Assembly (NCBI GenBank): GCA_964057225.1
Contig: OZ059895.1
Location: 22,134,001-22,198,000, forward strand
Origin: Auanema rhodensis
Taxonomy: Eukaryota > Animalia > Nematoda
Length of the DNA stretch: 64,000 nucleotides
Reading direction: 5' to 3'
The notes under the pieces were generated by a model, which did not search any database, was not told where the DNA came from, and saw only the letters and a list, made by a program, of their open reading frames with translations. Positions 57,870 through 64,000 of this stretch are shown in pieces; the stretch's first letter is position 1, and each line of letters starts with the position of its first letter. A program made the translations under genes and the position numbers.

Positions 57870-60800
57870 AGTTTTCAAAATAAATTCCCCATTTCCATAT
57901 TAGTCTAAAAACAAATTTTTATTGATATTGGTGCATGGCAACCATGACTTTAAAATTTACGTGAACTTTAATTTATGCTAATTAAGTGTACACATGATGT
58001 GCACTTGGTATGTAACTCGCTTTACGTCAAAGATAAAGAGATGCGGTTTTCAAAATTAGATTCCCCATGTCCATATTAGTCTAAAAACAAATTTTTATTA
58101 ATATTGGTGCATGGTAACCATGACTTTGAAATTTACGTGAACTTTAATTTATGCTTATTAAGTGTACACGTGATGTGCACTTGGTATGTAACTCGCTTCA
58201 CGTGAAAGATGAAGAGATGCGCTTTTCGAAATTAGATTCCTCATGTCCATATTAGTCTAAAAACACATTTTTGTTGATATAGGTGGATGGTAACCATGAC
58301 TTTGAAATTTACGTGAACTTCAATTTATGCTAATTAAGTGTACACATGATGTGCACTTGGTATGTAACTCGCTTCACGTGAAAGATAAAGAGATGCGGTT
58401 TTCAAAATAGATTCCCCATTTCCATATTAGTCTAAAAACAAATTTTTATTGATATTGGTGCATGGCAACCATGACTTTAAAATTTACGTGAACTTTAATT
58501 TATGCTAATTAAGTGTACACATGATGTGCACTTGGTATGTAACTCGCTTTACGTCAAAGATAAAGAGATGCGGTTTTCAAAATTAGATTCCCCATGTCCA
58601 TATTAGTCTAAAAACAAATTTTTATTAATATTGGTGCATGGTAACCATGACTTTGAAATTTACGTGAACTTTAATTTATGCTAATTAAGTGTACACATGA
58701 TGTGCGCTTGGTATGTAACTCGCTTCACGTGAAAGATAAAGAGATGCGGTTTTCAAAATTAGATTCCCCATTTCCATGTTAGTCTAAAAACAAATTTTTT
58801 TATTGATATTGGTGCATGGCAACCATGACTTTAAAATTTACGTTAACTTAAATTTATGCTAATTAAGTGTACACATGATGTGCACTTGGTATGTAACTCG
58901 CTTCACGTCAAAGATAAAGAGATGCGGTTTTTAAAATTAGATTCCCCATGTCCATACTAGTCTAAAAACAAATTTTTATTAATATTGGTGCATGGTAACC
59001 ATGACTTTGAAATTTACGTGAACTTTAATTTATGCTTATTAAGTGTACACGTGATGTGCACTTGGTATGTAACTCGCTTCAAGTCAAAGATAAAGAGATG
59101 CGGTTTTCAAAATCAGATTCCCTATGTCCATATTAGTCTAAAAACAAATTTTTATTAATATTGGTGGATGGTAACCATGACTTTGAAATTTACGTGAACT
59201 TTAATTTATGCTAATTGAATGTACACGTGATGTGCACTTGGTATGTAAGTCGCTTCACGTAAAAGATAAAGAGATGCGGTTTTCAAAATTAGATTCCCCA
59301 TGTCCATATTAGTCTAAAAACAAATTTTTATTGATATTGGTGCATGGTAACCATGACTTTGAAATTTACGTGAACTTTAATTTATGCTAATTGAATGTAC
59401 ACGTGATGTGCACTTGGTATGTAACTCGCTTCACGTCAAAGATAAAGAGATGCGGTTTTCAAAATTAGATTCCCCATGTCCATATTAGTCTAAAAACAAA
59501 TTTTTATTAATATTGGTGCATGGTAACCATGACTTTGAAATTTACGTGAACTTTAATTTATGCTAATTAAGTGTACACATGATGTGCACTTGGTATGTAA
59601 CTCGCTTCACGTGAAAGATGAAGAGATGCGGTTTTCAAAATTAGATTCCTCATGTCCATATTAGTCTAAAAACGAATTTTTATTGATATTGGTGCATGGT
59701 AACCATGACTTTGAAATTTACGTGAACTTTAATTTATGCTTATTAAGTGTACACGTGATGTGCACTTGGTATGTAACTCGCTTCACGTGAAAGATAAAAG
59801 GATGCGGTTTTCAAAATTAGATTCCCCATGTCCATATTAGTCTAAAAATAAATTTTTATTGATATTGGTGCATGGTAACCATGACTTTGAAATTTACGTG
59901 AACTTTAATTTATGCTAATTAAGTGTACACATGATGTGCACTTGGTATGTAACTCGCTTCACGTGAAAGATGAAAAGATGCGGTTTTCAAAATTAGATTC
60001 CTCAGGTCCATATTAGTCTAAAAACAAATTTTTATTGATATTGGTGCATGGTAACCATGACTTTGAAATTTACGTGAACTTTAATTTATGCTAATTAAGT
60101 GTACACATGATGTGCACTTGGTATGTAACTCGCTTCACGTCAAAGATAAAGAGATGCGGTTTTCAAAATTAGATTCCCCATGTCCATATTGGTCTAAAAA
60201 CAAATTTTTATTAATATTGGTGCATGGTAACCATGACTTTGAAATTTACGTGAACTTTAATTTATGCTAATTAAGTGTACACATGATGTGAACTTGGTAT
60301 GTAACTCGCTTCACGTGAAAGATGAAGAGATGCGGTTTTCAAAATTAGATTCCTCATGTCCATATTAGTCTAAAAACGAATTTTTATCGATATTGGTGCA
60401 TGGTAACCATGACTTTGAAATTTACGTGAACTTTAATTTATGCTAATTAAGTGTACACATGATGTGCGCTTGGTATGTAACTCGCTTCACGTGAAAGATA
60501 AAGAGATGCGGTTTTCAAAATTAGATTCCATATTTCCATATTAGTCTAAAAACAAATTTTTATTGATATTGGTGCATGGCAACCATGACTTTAAAATTTA
60601 CGTGAACTTTAATTTATGCTAATTAAGTGTACACATGATGTGTACTTGGTATGTAACTCGCTTCACGTCAAAGATAAAGAGATGCGGTTTTCAAAATTAG
60701 ATTCCCCATGTCCATATTAGTCTAAAAATAAATTTTAATGATATTGGTGCATGGTAACCATGACTTTGAAATTTACGTGAACTTTAATTTATGCTAATTA

Positions 60801-63800
60801 AGTGTAAACATGATGTGCACTTGGTATGTAACTCGCTTCACGTGAAAGATGAAAAGATGCGGTTTTCAAAATTAGATTCCCCATGTCCATATTAGTCTAA
60901 AAACAAATTTTTATTGATATTGGTGCATGGTAACCATGACTTTGAAATTTACGTGAACTTTAATTTATGCTAATTAAGTGTACACATGATGTGCACTTGG
61001 TATGTAACTCGCTTCACGTCAAAGATAAAGAGATGCGGTTTTCAAAATTAGATTCCCCATGTCCATATTAGTCTAAAAACAAATTTTTATTAATATTGGT
61101 GCATGGTAACCATGACTTTGAAATTTACGTGAACTTTAATTTATGCTAATTAAGTGTACACATGATGTGAACTTGGTATGTAACTCGCTTCACGTGAAAG
61201 ATGAAGAGATGCGGTTTTCAAAATTAGATTCCTCATGTCCATATTAGTCTAAAAACGAATTTTTATCGATATTGGTGCATGGTAACCATGACTTTGAAAT
61301 TTACGTGAACTTTAATTTATGCTAATTAAGTGTACACATGATGTGCGCTTGGTATGTAACTCGCTTCACGTGAAAGATAAAGAGATGCGGTTTTCAAAAT
61401 TAGATTCCCCATTTCCATATTAGTCTAAAAACAAATTTTTATTGATATTGGTGCATGGCAACCATGACTTTAAAATTTACGTGAACTTTAATTTATGCTA
61501 ATTAAGTGTACACATGATGTGCACTTGGTATGTAACTCGCTTCACGTCAAAGATAAAGAGATGCGGTTTTCAAAATTAGATTCCCCATGTCCATATTAGT
61601 CTAAAAACAAATTTTTATTAATATTGGTGCATGGTAACCATGACTTTGAAATTTACGTGAACTTTAATTTATGCTAATTAAGTGTACACATGATGTGCAC
61701 TTGGTATGTAACTCGCTTCAAGTGAAAGATGAAGAGATGCGGTTTTCAAAATTAGATTCCTCATGTCCATATTAGTCTAAAAACGAATTTTTATTGATAT
61801 TGGTGAATGGTAACCATGACTTTGAAATTTACGTGAACTTTAATTTATGCTTATTAAGTGTACACGTGATGTGCACTTGGTATGTAACTTGCTTCACGTG
61901 AAAGATAAAGGGATGCGGTTTTCAAAATTAGATTCCCCATGTCCATATTAGTCTAAAAACAAATTTTTATTGATATTGGTGCATGGTAACCATGACTTTG
62001 AAATTTACGTGAACTTTAATTTATGCTAATTAAGTGTACACATGATGTGCTCTTGGTATGTAACTCGCTTCACGTGAAAGATGAAGAGATGCGGTTTTCA
62101 AAATTAGATTCCCCATTTCCATGTTAGTCTAAAAACAAATTTTTATTGATATTGGTGCATGGCAACCATGACTTTAGAATTTACGTGAACTTTAATTTAT
62201 GCTAATTAAGTGTACACATGATGTGCACTTGGTATGTAACTCGCTTCACGTCAAAGATAAAGAGATGCGGTTTTCAAAATTAGATTCCCCATGTCCATAT
62301 TAGTCTAAAAACAATTTTTTATTAATATTGGTGCATGGTAACCATGACTTTGAAATTTACGTGAACTTTAATTTATGCTAATTAAGTGTACACATGATGT
62401 GCACTTGGTATGTAACTCGCTTCACGTGAAAGATGAAGAGATGCGGTTTTCAAAATTAGATTCCTCATGTCCATATTAGTCTAAAAACGAATTTTTATCG
62501 ATATTGGTGCATGGTAACCATGACTTTGAAATTTACGTGAACTTTAATTTATGCTAATTAAGTGTACACATGATGTGCGCTTGGTATGTAACTCGCTTCA
62601 CGTGAAAGATAAAGAGATGCGGTTTTCAAAATTAGATTCCCCATTTCCATATTAGTCTGAAAACAAATTTTTATTGATATTGGTGCATGGCAACCATGAC
62701 TTTAAAATTTACGTGAACTTTAATTTATGCTAATTAAGTGTACACATGATGTGCACTTGGTATGTAACTCGCTTCACGTCAAAGATAAAGAGATGCGGTT
62801 TTCAACATTAGATTCCCCATGTCCATATTAGTCTAAAAACAAATTTTTATTAATAATGGTGCATGGTAACCATGACTTTGAAATTTACGTGAACTTTAAT
62901 TTATGCTAATTAAGTGTACACATGATGTGCACTTGGTATGTAACTCGCTTCACGTGAAAGATGAAGAGATGCGGTTTTCAAAATTAGATTCCTCATGTCC
63001 ATATTAGTCTAAAAACAAATTTTTATTAATAATGGTGCATGGCAACCATGACTTTAAAATTTACGTGAACTTTAATTTATGCTAATTAAGTGTACACATG
63101 ATGTGCACTTGGTATGTAACTCGCTTCACGTCAAAGATAAAGAGATGCGGTTTTCAAAATTAGATTCCCCATGTCCATATTAGTCTAAAAACAAATTTTT
63201 ATTAATAATGGTGCATGGTAACCATGACTTTGAAATTTACGTGAACTTTAATTTATGCTAATTAAGTGTACACATGATGTGCACTTGGTATGTAACTCGC
63301 TTCACGTGAAAGATGAAGAGATGCGGTTTTCAAAATTAGATTCCTCATGTCCATATTAGTCTAAAAACGAATTTTTATTGATATTGGTGCATGGCAACCA
63401 TGACTTTGAAATTTACGTGAACTTTAATTTATGCTAATTAAGTGTACACATGATGTGCGCTTGGTATGTAACTCGCTTCACGTGAAAGATAAAGAGATGC
63501 GGTTTTCAAAATTAGATTCCCCATTTCCATATTAGTCTGAAAACAAATTTTTATTGATATTGGTGCATGGCAACCATGACTTTAAAATTTACGTGAACTT
63601 TAATTTATGCTAATTAAGTGTACACATGATGTGCACTTGGTATGTAACTCGCTTCACGTGAAAGATGAAGAGATGCGGTTTTCAAAATTAGATTCGTCAT
63701 GTCCATATTAGTCTAAAAACGAATTTTTATTGATATTGGTGCATGGTAACCATGACTTTGAAATTTACGTGAACTTTAATTTATGCTAATTAAGTGTACA

Positions 63801-64000
63801 CATGATGTGCACTTGGTATGTAACTCGCTTCACGTCAAAGATAAAGAGATGCGGTTTCCAAAATTAGATTCCCCATGTCCATATTAGTCTAAAAACAAAT
63901 TTTTATTAATATTGGTGCATGGTAACCATGACTTTGAAATTTACGTGAACTTTAATTTATGCTAATTAAGTGTACACATGATGTGCACTTGGTATGTAAC

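Larger units (their letters stand above)
1..64000 (+). repeat. Tandem satellite array, 176-bp monomer, about 363.7 copies, single orientation (centromeric/pericentromeric type); runs off both window ends
   Basis: CATATTAGTC recurs at 1, 177, 881, 2641, 4401 ... in exact 176-bp register up to 49281 (280x176+1, where the variant CTTATTAGTC occurs). The last monomer starts at 63880, a net shift of -9 bp from a few small indels. Consensus: CATATTAGTCTAAAAACAAATTTTTATTGATATTGGTGCATGGTAACCATGACTTTGAAATTTACGTGAACTTTAATTTATGCTAATTAAGTGTACACATGATGTGCACTTGGTATGTAACTCGCTTCACGTGAAAGATAAAGAGATGCGGTTTTCAAAATTAGATTCCCCATGTC (57/176 G+C). The array is seen directly; the centromeric role is inference from monomer size and organisation. 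Confidence 0.99.

Noticed and set aside
60088-60270. 60-aa ORF from the provided track (MLIKCTHDVH...)
   Set aside because: It is satellite sequence. Every monomer has this ATG (position 80) followed by a TAG after 34 codons, and a single A>G at 60191 (TAG>TGG) extends it in this one copy. There is no recognisable domain or gene context.
1-64000. CRISPR-like or other repeat-spacer array
   Set aside because: There are no unique spacers; the entire 176-bp period is repeated and no cas or other genes are present.
1-64000. A single fixed-period higher-order repeat across the window
   Set aside because: Marker offsets differ by region (8, 10, 11, 15, 23, 25, 32 monomers) and each long block is present only two or three times.
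1-64000. Embedded transposon, telomeric tract or strand inversion
   Set aside because: Register bookkeeping accounts for every base (363x176 - 9 + 121 = 64000), leaving no room for an insertion, and all monomers read in the same orientation.

Overview
The whole 64-kb window is one uninterrupted head-to-tail tandem array of an AT-rich (~32% GC) 176-bp monomer: 363 complete copies plus a 121-bp partial copy, all in one orientation. I see no genes, RNA genes, transposon insertions, inversions or CRISPR spacers. Monomer length, homogeneity and organisation are those of a eukaryotic centromeric or pericentromeric satellite, but I cannot assign it to a named family or species. The informative structure lies in the SNP pattern. 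A linked-variant trimer recurs along the window. There are recent near-identical block duplications of 8, 10, 11, 15, 23, 25 and 32 monomers, some nested so that their order can be read. There are also spatial variant domains, rare haplotypes shared about 47.7 kb apart, and a monomer rich in palindromes and E-boxes. The single predicted ORF comes from one stop-loss SNP in one monomer. I found no protein-coding system. All alignments were done by eye, so block boundaries are approximate.
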